Source: Smithella sp.
Lineage (GTDB): Bacteria; Desulfobacterota; Syntrophia; Syntrophales; Smithellaceae
DNA length: 64,000 nucleotides
Direction: 5' to 3'
Assembly (NCBI GenBank): GCA_017993615.1
Contig: JAGOMJ010000006.1
Span: 1,128-65,127 of the forward strand
The translations under genes and the position numbers were made by a program. Position 1 is the stretch's first letter. Each line of letters starts with the position of its first letter. This document shows, one piece after another, positions 35,712 through 45,838 of this stretch. The notes below the pieces were generated by a model that saw only the letters and a program-made list of their open reading frames with translations, did not search any database and was not told where the DNA came from.

Positions 35712-36445
35712 TCAAGGTCGATCATCTCTCGTTCTGTTACAACGGGACAAAAGTAATCAACGATATTTCCTTTACCGTCCAGAGAGGAGACTATCTGGGC
35801 ATCGCCGGTTCCAACGGATCCGGCAAAAGCACTCTGATCAAAAATATACTGGGCATCCTTGAACCTCACCAGGGACATATAACAATCTTTGATCAGCCCG
35901 TTGCATCCTTTGATCAGTGGCACAGAATCGGTTACCTGCCGCAAAGAATCAACGCGCTGCATTACCATTTCCCCTGCACGGTCGCGGAAATCGTACAACT
36001 CGGCATCAAAAAAAGGAATCCGGATGATCTTAAAAGAACCCTTGATCTGATGGGTATCGCGCATCTTTCCTCCTGCCTCATTGGAGAACTATCCTACGGT
36101 GAACAGCAACGGGTCATGCTCGCCCGGGCTTTGATCAGAAAACCGGATTTGCTGATTTTTGATGAACCGACAACCGCTTTGGATCCGGAAACGAGAGATG
36201 TTTTCTACGCCCTGACCGCGAAGGCCAATGAGCATGGAACGACGGTTGTTCTTGTTACTCATGACACAGGGACGATTGGAAAATATGCGCGCAATCTTCT
36301 CTACCTCGACAAGAAAATAATCTTTTTCGGAACCTTCAGGGACTTTTGCGCATCGCCGGATATGACGGGATTTTTCGGACCGAACAGCCAGCACATGATT
36401 TGCCATCAACACGATCAGAAAGGACCCGCAACGCCATGGAACTGA
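35696..36445 (+). CDS. znuC: Metal ABC transporter ATP-binding protein
   Basis: Walker A GSNGSGKST, signature LSYGEQQR and Walker B LLIFDEPT. Confidence 0.85.
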   Translation: MSGEIIKVDHLSFCYNGTKVINDISFTVQRGDYLGIAGSNGSGKSTLIKNILGILEPHQGHITIFDQPVASFDQWHRIGYLPQRINALHYHFPCTVAEIVQLGIKKRNPDDLKRTLDLMGIAHLSSCLIGELSYGEQQRVMLARALIRKPDLLIFDEPTTALDPETRDVFYALTAKANEHGTTVVLVTHDTGTIGKYARNLLYLDKKIIFFGTFRDFCASPDMTGFFGPNSQHMICHQHDQKGPATPWN

Positions 36446-37263
36446 GCGGCATTTTTCAGTATGCATTCGTTCAGAGAGCCTTTCTGGGAGGCATACTCAT
36501 TGCGGCGATAGCTTCCATCCTGGGCGTATTTCTTGTTCTGCGCCGCTTTTCCCTGATCGGCGACGGTCTTTCACACGTCACGTTCGGAAGTGTCGCCGTC
36601 GTCATGCTGCTGGGTATCAGTCCCGCGCATATGACGCTGGCGGCGCTCCCGCTGGTGATGCTGTCGTCGCTGGCCATTCTGAAACTGACAGGTTCAAAAC
36701 GGATTCAGGGCGACGCGGCCATCGGAATCATTTCTTCCTTCGGTATTGCTGCAGGCATTATCCTGACCAGTATCTCCGGCGGATACAACCTTGATCTTTT
36801 CAGCTATCTGTTCGGCAACATTCTGACCGTAACCCTAACGGAAATCTTTTTTGCCATCATCGTTTTTCTGACCGTCGTGGCGACAGTGATCATCCTGTAC
36901 GATGATCTTCTGGCCATCACATTCGATGAAGAACTGGCCCGAACCATGGGCGTTCAAACCGGAAAAATTAATACGGTTCTCTTTCTGCTCACAGCGGTTG
37001 CGGCGGTTTTAGCCATGAAAGTCGCCGGTATTATGCTCGTTTCGGCCATGTTGATTATCCCCCCGCTAACCGCCCTGCAATTGTCTTTAAGTTTCAGAAT
37101 GACCATTTTTACGTCAATTATTTTCTCAGTATTATCGGTCATATTGGGAATTACGATGGCCTTTTTGTTGAATTTACCGGCCGGAGGAACCATTGTGGTC
37201 TTAAACATATTTTTTCTTTTATGTGTTTTTTTCGCCAGAAAATTAATGGCTTTCGGGAGGTGA
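36436..37263 (+). CDS. znuB: Metal ABC transporter permease
   Basis: Trimmed to ATG 36436. MELSGIFQYAFVQRAFLGG and GDGLSHVTFG are typical of the ABC-3 (ZnuB/TroC) permease family. Confidence 0.85.
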   Translation: MELSGIFQYAFVQRAFLGGILIAAIASILGVFLVLRRFSLIGDGLSHVTFGSVAVVMLLGISPAHMTLAALPLVMLSSLAILKLTGSKRIQGDAAIGIISSFGIAAGIILTSISGGYNLDLFSYLFGNILTVTLTEIFFAIIVFLTVVATVIILYDDLLAITFDEELARTMGVQTGKINTVLFLLTAVAAVLAMKVAGIMLVSAMLIIPPLTALQLSLSFRMTIFTSIIFSVLSVILGITMAFLLNLPAGGTIVVLNIFFLLCVFFARKLMAFGR

Positions 37264-37269
37264 CGCCGA

Positions 37270-38196
37270 ATGACCCTTCCCTTTCAGGCATACCGTTCAA
37301 GCATCATTTTCATTATCGCGCTGTTTTGCGGTATGGTTTTCGACGAGGGGCGTCAGGCGGGAAGAATACTTATTCTGCCAGCCCTGATGATTATTCTGAC
37401 CATTACGTTACTGAGATTTCCACGCGGTTTTTTCCGTCATCCCGCTTCTCTTTTGTTTTCCTCCATCCGGGGCAACCTTTTGAATTATCTCGTTTTGGGA
37501 AATTTCATCCTTCTAACCGGTGCCTTTCTGATTCAAAAACAGGAACTCTGGATCGGCCTGGCGCTGGTCGCTGCCATGCCTGCATCGCTGGAAATTATTC
37601 TTCTGGGAATATTACTGCGTATTGAGAAGAATTATGTCTTTACATCAATATCGGGAACCTATCTGGGTGCCCTGCTGATCGTGCCTTTAGTCAGCTTATG
37701 CTTTTTCAAATATATACAGATAAACTACTGGAACATTGCCGTGCTTATCCTGTGTCTGATCGCCCTGCCGCTGGTTCTTTCCCGGCTGATTGTAGAGAAA
37801 GATTGGGACCGGATTCTCAGGAAACATGAAAATACGCTGATCGACTTCTGTCATTTTATCGTTTTTTATGCCATTTCCGCAAACAGCAGCATGTTTTTAA
37901 AAAAGCTTTCAGACGATCTTGTGTTTATATCCCTGATCGCTTTAACCAGCACTTTTTTATTTTATTTTCTCATTAGAAGAATCGGTCTCTACTTTCACGG
38001 TCAGGAAAACAAGGTGAATTTTTTCATCCTGCTCGGAACCATGAAAGATTACGGACTGGCCGGCGGGATAGCCCTGACCCTTTTTAATCCGGAAGTCGCC
38101 GTGCCACCGCTTGTTTTTGCCGTATTTACGTTTATTTACATGAACTGGCTCAGTTTCAAGGCAAGACGCATAGAAGACGATTGCGGCGATGTGTGA
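37270..38196 (+). CDS. Polytopic membrane protein, possible BASS/AEC-like secondary transporter
   Basis: 308 aa with about 9-10 helices. It starts 7 nt after znuB. The weak resemblance (LGTMKDYGLAGGIALTLF) to bile-acid:sodium-symporter-type folds is tentative. Confidence 0.45.
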   Translation: MTLPFQAYRSSIIFIIALFCGMVFDEGRQAGRILILPALMIILTITLLRFPRGFFRHPASLLFSSIRGNLLNYLVLGNFILLTGAFLIQKQELWIGLALVAAMPASLEIILLGILLRIEKNYVFTSISGTYLGALLIVPLVSLCFFKYIQINYWNIAVLILCLIALPLVLSRLIVEKDWDRILRKHENTLIDFCHFIVFYAISANSSMFLKKLSDDLVFISLIALTSTFLFYFLIRRIGLYFHGQENKVNFFILLGTMKDYGLAGGIALTLFNPEVAVPPLVFAVFTFIYMNWLSFKARRIEDDCGDV

Positions 38197-38370
38197 AAAA
38201 CCTCAAATATCAATTTGACAAATTTAAAACACGACCTATTATAAAATACGAACACGTGTTCAGTGTATTCCGATGCTCTTTGTAATCGGAATAAGTCTGT
38301 TAAGTATTTTTCAACTTCTCTTGAATGCAGCAAGAAGGTAAAAATCAACTCTCAAAAAAGGAGAATAATT

Positions 38371-38961
38371 ATGGCCATTACATTGCCGGAATTGCCCTAC
38401 GCAAAAGATGCGTTGGCGCCCGTGATCAGCGCCAATACCCTGGATTTTCATTATGGTAAACACCATAAGGCTTACGTGGACAACTTAAACAAGCTCATTG
38501 CGGGAACGGATCTTGATCAAAAATCGCTGGAAGAAATCATCAACATTGCCGCTAAAGATTCCGCAAAGGCCGGCATTTTCAATAATGCCGCTCAGGTCTG
38601 GAATCACACCTTCTACTGGAAATGTCTGAAGAAAACGGGGGGCGGCCGTCCCAGCGGCGCCATCGCGGCTAAAATTAATGAAATGTGGGGGAATTACGAT
38701 AAATTTGTTGAAGAGCTGAAAAATGCAGGCGCCACACAGTTCGGCAGCGGATGGGTCTGGCTTGTTTCGGACAAAACCCGGTTGCAGATAACGAAAACCG
38801 CCAATGCCGACACGCCCCTTGCGCATGGTCAGAAAGCTCTTTTGACCATCGATGTCTGGGAACATGCTTACTATCTGGATTACCAGAATAGGCGGCCGGA
38901 TTATCTTTCCGCCGTGATTCAGAATCTGATTAACTGGGATTTCGTTAATGCCAACCTATAG
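38371..38961 (+). CDS. sodB: Fe/Mn superoxide dismutase (Fe-type likely)
   Basis: Trimmed to ATG 38371, after AAGGAG. LPELPYAKDALAP.IS..TLDFHYGKHH.AYV, AAQVWNHTFYW and DVWEHAYYLDYQNRRPDY. Confidence 0.9.
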   Translation: MAITLPELPYAKDALAPVISANTLDFHYGKHHKAYVDNLNKLIAGTDLDQKSLEEIINIAAKDSAKAGIFNNAAQVWNHTFYWKCLKKTGGGRPSGAIAAKINEMWGNYDKFVEELKNAGATQFGSGWVWLVSDKTRLQITKTANADTPLAHGQKALLTIDVWEHAYYLDYQNRRPDYLSAVIQNLINWDFVNANL

Positions 38962-38989
38962 GCAGGGCGTCTTCAATCGTTAAAACAAT

Positions 38990-39020
38990 AAAAGGAGGCT
39001 TTAAAAATGCCTCCTTTTTT
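38990..39020. terminator. Bidirectional rho-independent terminator between sodB and ihfB
   Basis: AAAAGGAGGC-tttaaaaat-GCCTCCTTTT followed by a T-run on the plus strand. The A-run on the other side gives a U-tract for the minus-strand transcript. Confidence 0.75.
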
Positions 39021-39045
39021 ATAGGATAAAAACAGACAGGAATGA

Positions 39046-39327
39046 TTATTTCTTTTTATCGACTCTCACTTTAAGCTCTTTCCCGACTTTAAAGAAGGGC
39101 AATTTTTTAGGTTCGACCTGAATTTTCGATCCGGTTTTCGGATTTCTTCCGGTATATGATCCGTATTTTTTCACAACAAAACTGCCAAATCCTCTGATTT
39201 CAATACGGCCGTTTTTCTTTAACTCATCGGTAAAACCCTTAAAAATGAGATTCACGACATCAATTGCCTTTTTTTCCGTCAGATTTAACTTCGTGCTTAA
39301 AGCTTCAATAAGATCGGATTTGTTCAT
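39046..39327 (-). CDS. ihfB: Integration host factor beta-subunit-like DNA-bending protein (HU/IHF family)
   Basis: 93 aa. RIEIRGFGSF...GRNPKTG..I.V....P.FK.GKEL is the IHF-beta signature. AAGGAGG upstream. Confidence 0.75.
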   Translation of the reverse strand: MNKSDLIEALSTKLNLTEKKAIDVVNLIFKGFTDELKKNGRIEIRGFGSFVVKKYGSYTGRNPKTGSKIQVEPKKLPFFKVGKELKVRVDKKK

Positions 39328-39438
39328 ATCTCCTCCTTAAACTGATGGCAACTCATACTAGCCAGATGACACTGTATTTTGATATTCTCTATGCGTGTGT
39401 TTATTATTTATTTTTTGGCGAAAGTCAAGGAAATTTTG

Positions 39439-40167
39439 CTATTTGGACTTGACTGCACTGTCCAGCAATTGACTGATTTCCTTCCGGGTCAGATGGCGCC
39501 ACTCGCCCTCTTTCAAGGTACCCAACGCAAGATCACCAATCGCCTCGCGCACAAGCAGGGCGACTCTGTAACCGATTTTTTCAAACCCTCTCCGGATAAT
39601 TCTGTTTTTCCCTTCTTTGAGCGTAAGACGCAACCAGCAGCTCCTGTCGTTCATTTTATCCACTTTGAGATTTTCCGGTTTGAAAAAATCATCGTCAACG
39701 TTAATGCCCCTGCTCAGTTGCTGGACATCTTGTCTGGATAAATGTCCCTGGATTTTGACTTTGTAAATTTTTGGTTTCTGAAAACGGGGGTGCTGAATTT
39801 TCTGGGCAAAATCGCCGTCATTCGTCAGAAGCAACAGACCTTTGGAATCGTAATCCAACCTTCCCACCGGATAAACCCTCTCCGGCACACTGCCTAGCAA
39901 ATCCACAACCGTGGGCCTGTTCTGAGGATCATGAAGGGTTGTTACAAATCCGGCCGGTTTATTTAAAACAATATAATATTTTACTTTTTCCGTGGAGATG
40001 ATCTTGCCGTCAACGCGAATAATATCTTTCTGAGCATCCGCTTTTTCTCCCAGTTTCGTTACGACAACACCGTTGACGCTGACCCGTCCCCGGGTGATTA
40101 ACTCTTCAGCGTGACGCCGCGAGGTAATGCCGGCCGCTGCAATAACTTTCTGCAAGCGCTCTTTCAT
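39439..40167 (-). CDS. rluB: 23S rRNA pseudouridine synthase, RluB/RsuA family, with S4 domain
   Basis: S4 motif RLQKVIAAAGITSRRHAEELI..GRV.VNG. Catalytic motif VYPVGRLDYDSKGLLLLTNDG. Confidence 0.85.
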   Translation of the reverse strand: MKERLQKVIAAAGITSRRHAEELITRGRVSVNGVVVTKLGEKADAQKDIIRVDGKIISTEKVKYYIVLNKPAGFVTTLHDPQNRPTVVDLLGSVPERVYPVGRLDYDSKGLLLLTNDGDFAQKIQHPRFQKPKIYKVKIQGHLSRQDVQQLSRGINVDDDFFKPENLKVDKMNDRSCWLRLTLKEGKNRIIRRGFEKIGYRVALLVREAIGDLALGTLKEGEWRHLTRKEISQLLDSAVKSK

Positions 40168-40829
40168 AAATCAGGAACTTCTTCTATCTTTTCTTCTGCA
40201 TTTTCTTCTGCATTTTCATCGTCATGCTGTTTTGCGACAGCCTCTTCTTCTACGATGGTTTCCTGTTCGGACTCGCTGCTTTCCTGATCCGGATCAAGAA
40301 GTTCCTGCTGCTGATGAAGTTCCTTTAACTCGCGAATATTGGGCAAATCCATAATGTCTTTGAGGTTAAAGACCTCCAGAAATTTCCGGGTTGTCCCGTA
40401 AATAATCGGTTTTCCGGGCACATCTTTACGGCCCACAATACGAACAAGTTTCTTCTCCAGCAGACCTTTGAGCGGACCTCCCACATCCACTCCGCGTATG
40501 TCTTCAATTTCCGATTTCACAATCGGTTGCTTATAAGCGATGATGGCCAGGGTCTCTAACGCCTGCGGGGACAGAGACTGCGGTTTGGCGGTTTTGAGCT
40601 TCTTGATCCACAGGCTGAGATCGGGATTGGTGCGGAATTGAAAACCGCCCGCAACTTCCTGCAGGAGAATTCCCCCCTGACGGTCATGGTATTCCGAGAC
40701 CAGTTGATCAATGATTTCCCGTATCTCTGTTTTTTCCACCTCCGGAAAAACGGCGCGAATTCTTTCAGGTGACAACGGGGTGTCGGAAGCAAAAATCAGA
40801 GCTTCGATGACGGCTTTAATCTTTTCCAT
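40164..40829 (-). CDS. scpB: Segregation and condensation protein B
   Basis: IEALIFASD.PLS, GGFQFRT and IIAYKQPI...IE.IRGV, with an acidic C-terminal tail. Overlaps rluB by 4 nt. Confidence 0.9.
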   Translation of the reverse strand: MEKIKAVIEALIFASDTPLSPERIRAVFPEVEKTEIREIIDQLVSEYHDRQGGILLQEVAGGFQFRTNPDLSLWIKKLKTAKPQSLSPQALETLAIIAYKQPIVKSEIEDIRGVDVGGPLKGLLEKKLVRIVGRKDVPGKPIIYGTTRKFLEVFNLKDIMDLPNIRELKELHQQQELLDPDQESSESEQETIVEEEAVAKQHDDENAEENAEEKIEEVPDL

Positions 40830-41606
40830 TTACGACTCCACAGCCGGAAATATCCGGATAACACCAAACATTGAAGTTTGATAGGCTTTAATCATTCTGA
40901 GTTTGATCAATTCCAGGATGGCTAAAAATGTATAGATAATGCGACGGCGGTCTTTTTTCCCCTTAAGCAGATCTTCAAACGTGATGTTTTTGGTCACCGT
41001 CAACTGTTCCATGATTTCGTTGATGATATCGGTCAGCGACAGTTTTTCCAGATCAATTTCCATCAATTCTTTCTTATCCATCTGAGAGATAATACGATGG
41101 AAGGCCTCGATCAGTTCAAAAACGCTGACCTCAATAAACTCTTCCTCTTCATCCGTTGATTTGACCTCCACTTCAGGGAGAGCTGCCGCACGGGTGAAGA
41201 CATCTCTTTCCAGAAGAGGCCGGTTTCCCAGACTGACCGCAATCTCCTTGAAGGTTTTATGTTCCAGGAGCTGTCTGACCAGTTCGGCACGCGGATCTTC
41301 CTCTTCCTCTTCGGGTTCTTCAGGCGGCGGTAAAAGCGTTCTGGATTTGATATGAATAAGCGTGGAGGCCATCACCAGATATTCTCCGGCCAGGTCCAGA
41401 TTCAGCGCTTTGATCATTTTCAGGTACTGGAAATACTGCTCGGTAATCAGCGCAATGGGGATGTTGTAAATGTCAATTTCATTTTTTTTGATCAGATAAA
41501 GCAACAGATCCAGCGGACCTTCAAAGATATCCAGCTTGATGGCATAATTCAAACGCTGCTCATTGTCCATAGGATCCATGGGATGACCTAAATTATTATT
41601 ATCCAT
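40830..41606 (-). CDS. scpA: Segregation and condensation protein A
   Basis: FEGPLDLLLYLIKKNEIDIYNIPIA.IT.QY and AGEYLVMA..L..IKSR.LLP. Abuts scpB. Confidence 0.9.
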   Translation of the reverse strand: MDNNNLGHPMDPMDNEQRLNYAIKLDIFEGPLDLLLYLIKKNEIDIYNIPIALITEQYFQYLKMIKALNLDLAGEYLVMASTLIHIKSRTLLPPPEEPEEEEEDPRAELVRQLLEHKTFKEIAVSLGNRPLLERDVFTRAAALPEVEVKSTDEEEEFIEVSVFELIEAFHRIISQMDKKELMEIDLEKLSLTDIINEIMEQLTVTKNITFEDLLKGKKDRRRIIYTFLAILELIKLRMIKAYQTSMFGVIRIFPAVES

Positions 41607-41615
41607 GACGGAAAT

Positions 41616-42605
41616 TCAAATCTTCATTGCGGCCCGGACTTCACTCATCGTCTGACGGGCGATTTTTGCCGCTTTTCGATTGCCTTCTTCAATAACTCCG
41701 TTGATTTCATCCATGTGACTTACATAATAATCCATGCGCTCGTGAACGGGTTGCAGATTTTCGGCAACGCGCTGGGCCAGCATTTTCTTGCAGTCCGTAC
41801 ACCCTATCCCCGCTCTGCGGCATTCGACATCGATCTCTTTCACCTTCTCCGGTGAAGAATATAATCCATGGAAAGTAAAAACATTGCATATGTCAGGATT
41901 ACCCGGATCTTTTTTTCTCATGCGCTGAGGATCGGTAAACATGGAGCTGATTTTATGCTGCAGATTTTTACCGCGATCGCTGATGTAAATGGAGTTGTCG
42001 TAGGATTTGCTCATCTTTCTGCCGTCGGTCCCCAGCAGCTTCGGAACATTCGTTAAAATCGGTTCCGGGACAGGAAATATTTCCCGGTAAAGGAAATTAA
42101 ACCGGCGTGCTATTTCCCGGGTCAATTCGACATGGGGAAGTTGATCAACGCCTACCGGAACGCCATAGGCTTTGTACATGATAATGTCGGCAGCCTGCAG
42201 CACCGGATAACCCAGGAAACCGAACGTCGATAAATCCTTATTGGCCAGCTCGGTTTTCATTTCCTTGTAGGTGGGATTGCGTTCCAGCCAGGCCAGCGGC
42301 GTAATCATAGAAAGCAGCAGAAAAAGCTCCGCGTGTTCTTTGACCGCGGACTGCAGAAACAGAGTGCTCTTTTGAGGATCAAGGCCGACACTGAGCCAGT
42401 CGATGACCATGTTGATGACGTTGTCTTGAATGCCTTCCGTGGAGCTGTATTCGCTGGTGATCGCATGCCAGTCGGCCACGAAATAAAAACAGTCGTATTG
42501 GCCGCTTTCCTGCAATGCAATCCAATTGCGCAATGCGCCGTGAAGGTTTCCCAGATGCAGCTTCCCGGTGGGCCTCATCCCGCTGAGTATCCTCTTACGC
42601 TCCAA
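41616..42605 (-). CDS. trpS: Tryptophan--tRNA ligase
   Basis: TTG start after AAGGAG. SGMRPTGKLHLGN (HIGH region), KMSKS and class I TrpRS length. Confidence 0.95.
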   Translation of the reverse strand: MERKRILSGMRPTGKLHLGNLHGALRNWIALQESGQYDCFYFVADWHAITSEYSSTEGIQDNVINMVIDWLSVGLDPQKSTLFLQSAVKEHAELFLLLSMITPLAWLERNPTYKEMKTELANKDLSTFGFLGYPVLQAADIIMYKAYGVPVGVDQLPHVELTREIARRFNFLYREIFPVPEPILTNVPKLLGTDGRKMSKSYDNSIYISDRGKNLQHKISSMFTDPQRMRKKDPGNPDICNVFTFHGLYSSPEKVKEIDVECRRAGIGCTDCKKMLAQRVAENLQPVHERMDYYVSHMDEINGVIEEGNRKAAKIARQTMSEVRAAMKI

Positions 42606-42826
42606 AACAACTCCTTTTGCATATGTTACTCGGCATCACAGGCCGTCGATTCCTGTTTCGCCGTACTGTCCCGCCGAGCGTCGCTCGCGGGATAGTTTTC
42701 CACGGCTTATGGCTGTGGAATCATTCGACCAGCAAGCTTCCGTTAACGACGTTTGTGAAGGTTGGGTCTCATGGCAACTGACAAATTTCAATGCTTCGTT
42801 TTTAAAAATTCGGGTCTCACTAACGA

Positions 42827-42866
42827 ACTAAGGCCTCCGGCTATGACAGAATACGGAGGCCTTAGT
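42827..42866 (-). terminator. 13-bp hairpin immediately downstream of hup
   Basis: ACTAAGGCCTCCG (42827-39) pairs perfectly with CGGAGGCCTTAGT (42854-66). It lies 22 nt after the hup stop. The U-tract on the hup strand is weak. Confidence 0.55.
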
Positions 42867-42887
42867 TTTAAAGAACCAATTGATTTG

Positions 42888-43160
42888 TTATTTAACTTTA
42901 CCGGCCAATTCTTTGCCTGCCTTGAACTTAACGACTTTCTTCGCGGGAATCTTGATCGTTTTGCCGGTCTGAGGATTCCTGCCCTCTCTGGCTTTTCTTT
43001 TAACCACCGAGAACGTGCCAAAGCCGACCAGAGCCAGTTTGCCGCTTTTCTTGAGCTCTTTCGTTACCGCATCCTGGAAAGTATCCAGAGCCTTGCCTGC
43101 TTTATCCTTGGTAATGCCTGCTGATTTCGCTATAACCCCGATTAATTCTGCCTTCGTCAT
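42888..43160 (-). CDS. hup: HU-family nucleoid protein
   Basis: 90 aa. MTKAELI..IA...G..K..A..AL..F...V...L..G..L.L.GFGTF.V..R.AR.GRNP.TG..I.I.A. Confidence 0.9.
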   Translation of the reverse strand: MTKAELIGVIAKSAGITKDKAGKALDTFQDAVTKELKKSGKLALVGFGTFSVVKRKAREGRNPQTGKTIKIPAKKVVKFKAGKELAGKVK

Positions 43161-43534
43161 CTTCTAAAATCCCCCTTTCGTAAAATCAAATTTTGAATTT
43201 TATTATCAACCGCCTTCGCGGCCATAACCAAAACCATTTGAAACAGATAAATCGCTCTGGCAAACATCACGAAAAATGCTTCGTTATTCTTTATTTTGCA
43301 AACTAACGTTACTCAAACCGGCTTGTTCTCTGGTTTAGAAAGGAGCCATCCCCCTCAAGCTCGCGCTACGACTAGCACAATAAAGATTAACAATCAAGAA
43401 AAAAATGTTTTTTTAATGCTTTTTCCCGTCCGTGTGTGCTGCGGCGATGGCATCCTGATCGTCGTGCTGCCTGCACCGCCAGTGTCCCATGGAAGTCGGC
43501 AATCGGCTGCCATGCTTTACAAAAGGTACCTGTT

Positions 43535-44491
43535 ATGTTAAGACCTGCACCTTATTTTTTGCGGGGGTCTATGCAGAGCGTCCATTTCGAAAAAATAAAG
43601 TCCTGGTTTTCACTCTCCCGTCCGGCGTTTCACACCGTCGGTATCCTCCCGTTTATTCTGGGAACGATTCTGGCATATAAGATCAACCTTGTCTTCGACC
43701 CGGCTGTGTTTGCGCTGGGTGTTTCGGCGGTTATCCTGATCATGCTTTCTACCTATCACATGGGAGAATACTTTGATTACCGGGAAGATGAAATATCTCA
43801 GCGGTTGTATAAAAGCAGGTTTGCAGGCGGATCAGGCGTCGTTCCGGCAAAAACAGTGAAACGTTCGGTGGCTTTACGGACCGGATTGATCTCCTTTATT
43901 ATCGCCGGGATCATCGGACTGACTCTTCAATTTATCCTGAAGACAGGCCCCTATACCCTGCTTTTAGGCTGTCTGGGCGCTTTTCCAGGGTTCTTCTATT
44001 CCACCCAACCGGTCAGGCTGGTGCAGAAAGGCGTTGGGGAAATTTTTATCGGTTTCTGTTACGGATGGCTTCCGGTTGCCTCTGCCTATTATATACAAAC
44101 CGGCTTCGTTCATTCGGTCATTCACTGGATCACCGTCCCCATCGGCCTGACGATCTTCAACGTGATCTTCCTCAACGAGTACCCGGATTACGAAGCGGAC
44201 AAGGCCACCGGCAAGAAAAACCTTCTTTATCGCCTGGGGAAACGCAAGGGGAAAGTACTCTTCTTCGTTTTTTCTCTCCTGGCATCGACGGCCGTGTTTT
44301 CCTCTCCCGTTTTCGGAGTGCCGTTCAAAGCGGTTTATCTCTATCTGCCTGTAGCGATTGTATCTTTATTTATTGCCGTAATGATGTTACGTGATCAATA
44401 CGAAAACAGAAAAACCATGGAGCTATTGTGCGGTCTGAATATAGCGGTTAACCTGGGAACTTCTCTGGTTTATATTCTGGCATATATTTAA
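43535..44491 (+). CDS. UbiA-family (MenA-like) prenyltransferase, second copy in window
   Basis: Track ORF trimmed to ATG 43535 (ATG 43571 is also possible). It is polytopic. The Asp-rich motifs are GEYFDYREDE (the first residue is not the usual Asn) and NEYPDYEADKATGKKN. Confidence 0.75.
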   Translation: MLRPAPYFLRGSMQSVHFEKIKSWFSLSRPAFHTVGILPFILGTILAYKINLVFDPAVFALGVSAVILIMLSTYHMGEYFDYREDEISQRLYKSRFAGGSGVVPAKTVKRSVALRTGLISFIIAGIIGLTLQFILKTGPYTLLLGCLGAFPGFFYSTQPVRLVQKGVGEIFIGFCYGWLPVASAYYIQTGFVHSVIHWITVPIGLTIFNVIFLNEYPDYEADKATGKKNLLYRLGKRKGKVLFFVFSLLASTAVFSSPVFGVPFKAVYLYLPVAIVSLFIAVMMLRDQYENRKTMELLCGLNIAVNLGTSLVYILAYI

Positions 44492-44496
44492 GCGAA

Positions 44497-45723
44497 ATGA
44501 CGAACGTTAAAAAGAAGGTCAAAGCATTTTATAATCCTCCCTCGTTACTGCTCAAGCAACTGGGCAGTTCTCTGTTGATGGCTTATCTCAATAATTGGAG
44601 AAACTATCCTCGCTGGGGCTTTCAATACGGTTTCCGGTCCATCCCGGTGGCCAACGGCGCCTTGGGGATGGGCTGCATAGGTTATCCGGGACATCCCGTA
44701 TGGGAAGTCACCGGCGCGTGTAATCTGAAATGTATTCATTGTCATGCGGTAAGCGATAAGGCGGGCAAAGATGAATTGTCCACCGACGAAGGCAAAAGAC
44801 TGATTGACAGCATTGCCTCTGTAAGTGCATTCCGCACCCTGGTTTATACAGGCGGCGAACCGCTGGTGAGACCCGATATTTTCGAGCTGCTCCGGCACTC
44901 GCAGCAGGCCGGTCTCGCCAACATCATCGCCACGAACGGCACGCTGATCGACGAAGAAATGGCTTTTAAACTCAGAGATCACGGTGTGGTCTGTCATGCG
45001 ATCAGCCTGGATGCTGCTACCCCTGCCATTCACGACATGGTCCGCAATAAACCCGGTGCCTTCGACCGGACGCTTCGCGCTATTAAAGCCACAAAGAAGG
45101 CCGGCATCCTTTTGCAGATCAACACGACGGCTATGGAATACAATATGCCGCACCTTCCCGAACTGATCGATTTTGCAGACCGTTGCGGTGCCGGCATCAT
45201 GCTGATGTACCAACTGGTCGCCGTGGGCCGGGGTGAAAAAATCGAAAAAGCCACGTTAAAGAAAAGTGCCAACAAACATTTAAGTGAAATGATCGCTGAA
45301 AAACAGAAAAACGCAACAACCATTATTGAACCGGTTGCCGGTCCTCAGTATTGGCCGTACCTGCTGGAAAAAAAGGGATTCACCGAAGGACTCCGGCTGA
45401 AACTTGCCGGTAAAGTGTTTCACGGTTGCGCAGCCGGACGCGGTTTTGTGTACGTCAAAGCCAACGGCGATGTCTGGCCCTGTCCTTTCGTAGAGGTTAA
45501 CGCCGGCAATATCCGTGACAGAAATTTTAAGGCCATTTACGAAGAGTCGCCCGTATTTCAGAATTTGCGGCGCCGGGAAGAGCTTTTAAAAGGCGCCTGC
45601 GGCGAATGCCATTACAAAACCGTCTGCGGCGGCTGCCGAGGACGGGCGCATGCCTACAGCGGAGATTATCTGCAAGAAGATCCCCGATGTTATATCCGGG
45701 AAACAACCCAAAATCATTCGTAG
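44497..45723 (+). CDS. Radical SAM enzyme with C-terminal SPASM domain (NirJ/AhbC/AhbD-like)
   Basis: CNLKCIHC (CxxxCxxC), GGEPL and a C-terminal Cys cluster (CPF...CGECHYKTVCGGCRGRA). It starts 6 nt after the UbiA gene stop. Confidence 0.85.
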   Translation: MTNVKKKVKAFYNPPSLLLKQLGSSLLMAYLNNWRNYPRWGFQYGFRSIPVANGALGMGCIGYPGHPVWEVTGACNLKCIHCHAVSDKAGKDELSTDEGKRLIDSIASVSAFRTLVYTGGEPLVRPDIFELLRHSQQAGLANIIATNGTLIDEEMAFKLRDHGVVCHAISLDAATPAIHDMVRNKPGAFDRTLRAIKATKKAGILLQINTTAMEYNMPHLPELIDFADRCGAGIMLMYQLVAVGRGEKIEKATLKKSANKHLSEMIAEKQKNATTIIEPVAGPQYWPYLLEKKGFTEGLRLKLAGKVFHGCAAGRGFVYVKANGDVWPCPFVEVNAGNIRDRNFKAIYEESPVFQNLRRREELLKGACGECHYKTVCGGCRGRAHAYSGDYLQEDPRCYIRETTQNHS

Positions 45724-45838
45724 CTTTTCTCAAGGATCGCCATGAATCCGGACGAAACAAGAAGCTTCTGCCTTTGCGTCGTGCAAGCCCCTCCCTGACG
45801 TGGAACAGCTCTAGCGGCCATGCGCTGGAAAAACGGAT

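Noticed and set aside
42606-42826. T-box or attenuator upstream of trpS.
   Set aside because: The leader contains a bulged GC hairpin (TCCCGCGAGC-gac-GCTCGGCGGGA). It has no T-box consensus (AAnnnGGGTGGnACCGCG), no specifier-loop context, no Trp-rich leader peptide and no U-tract.
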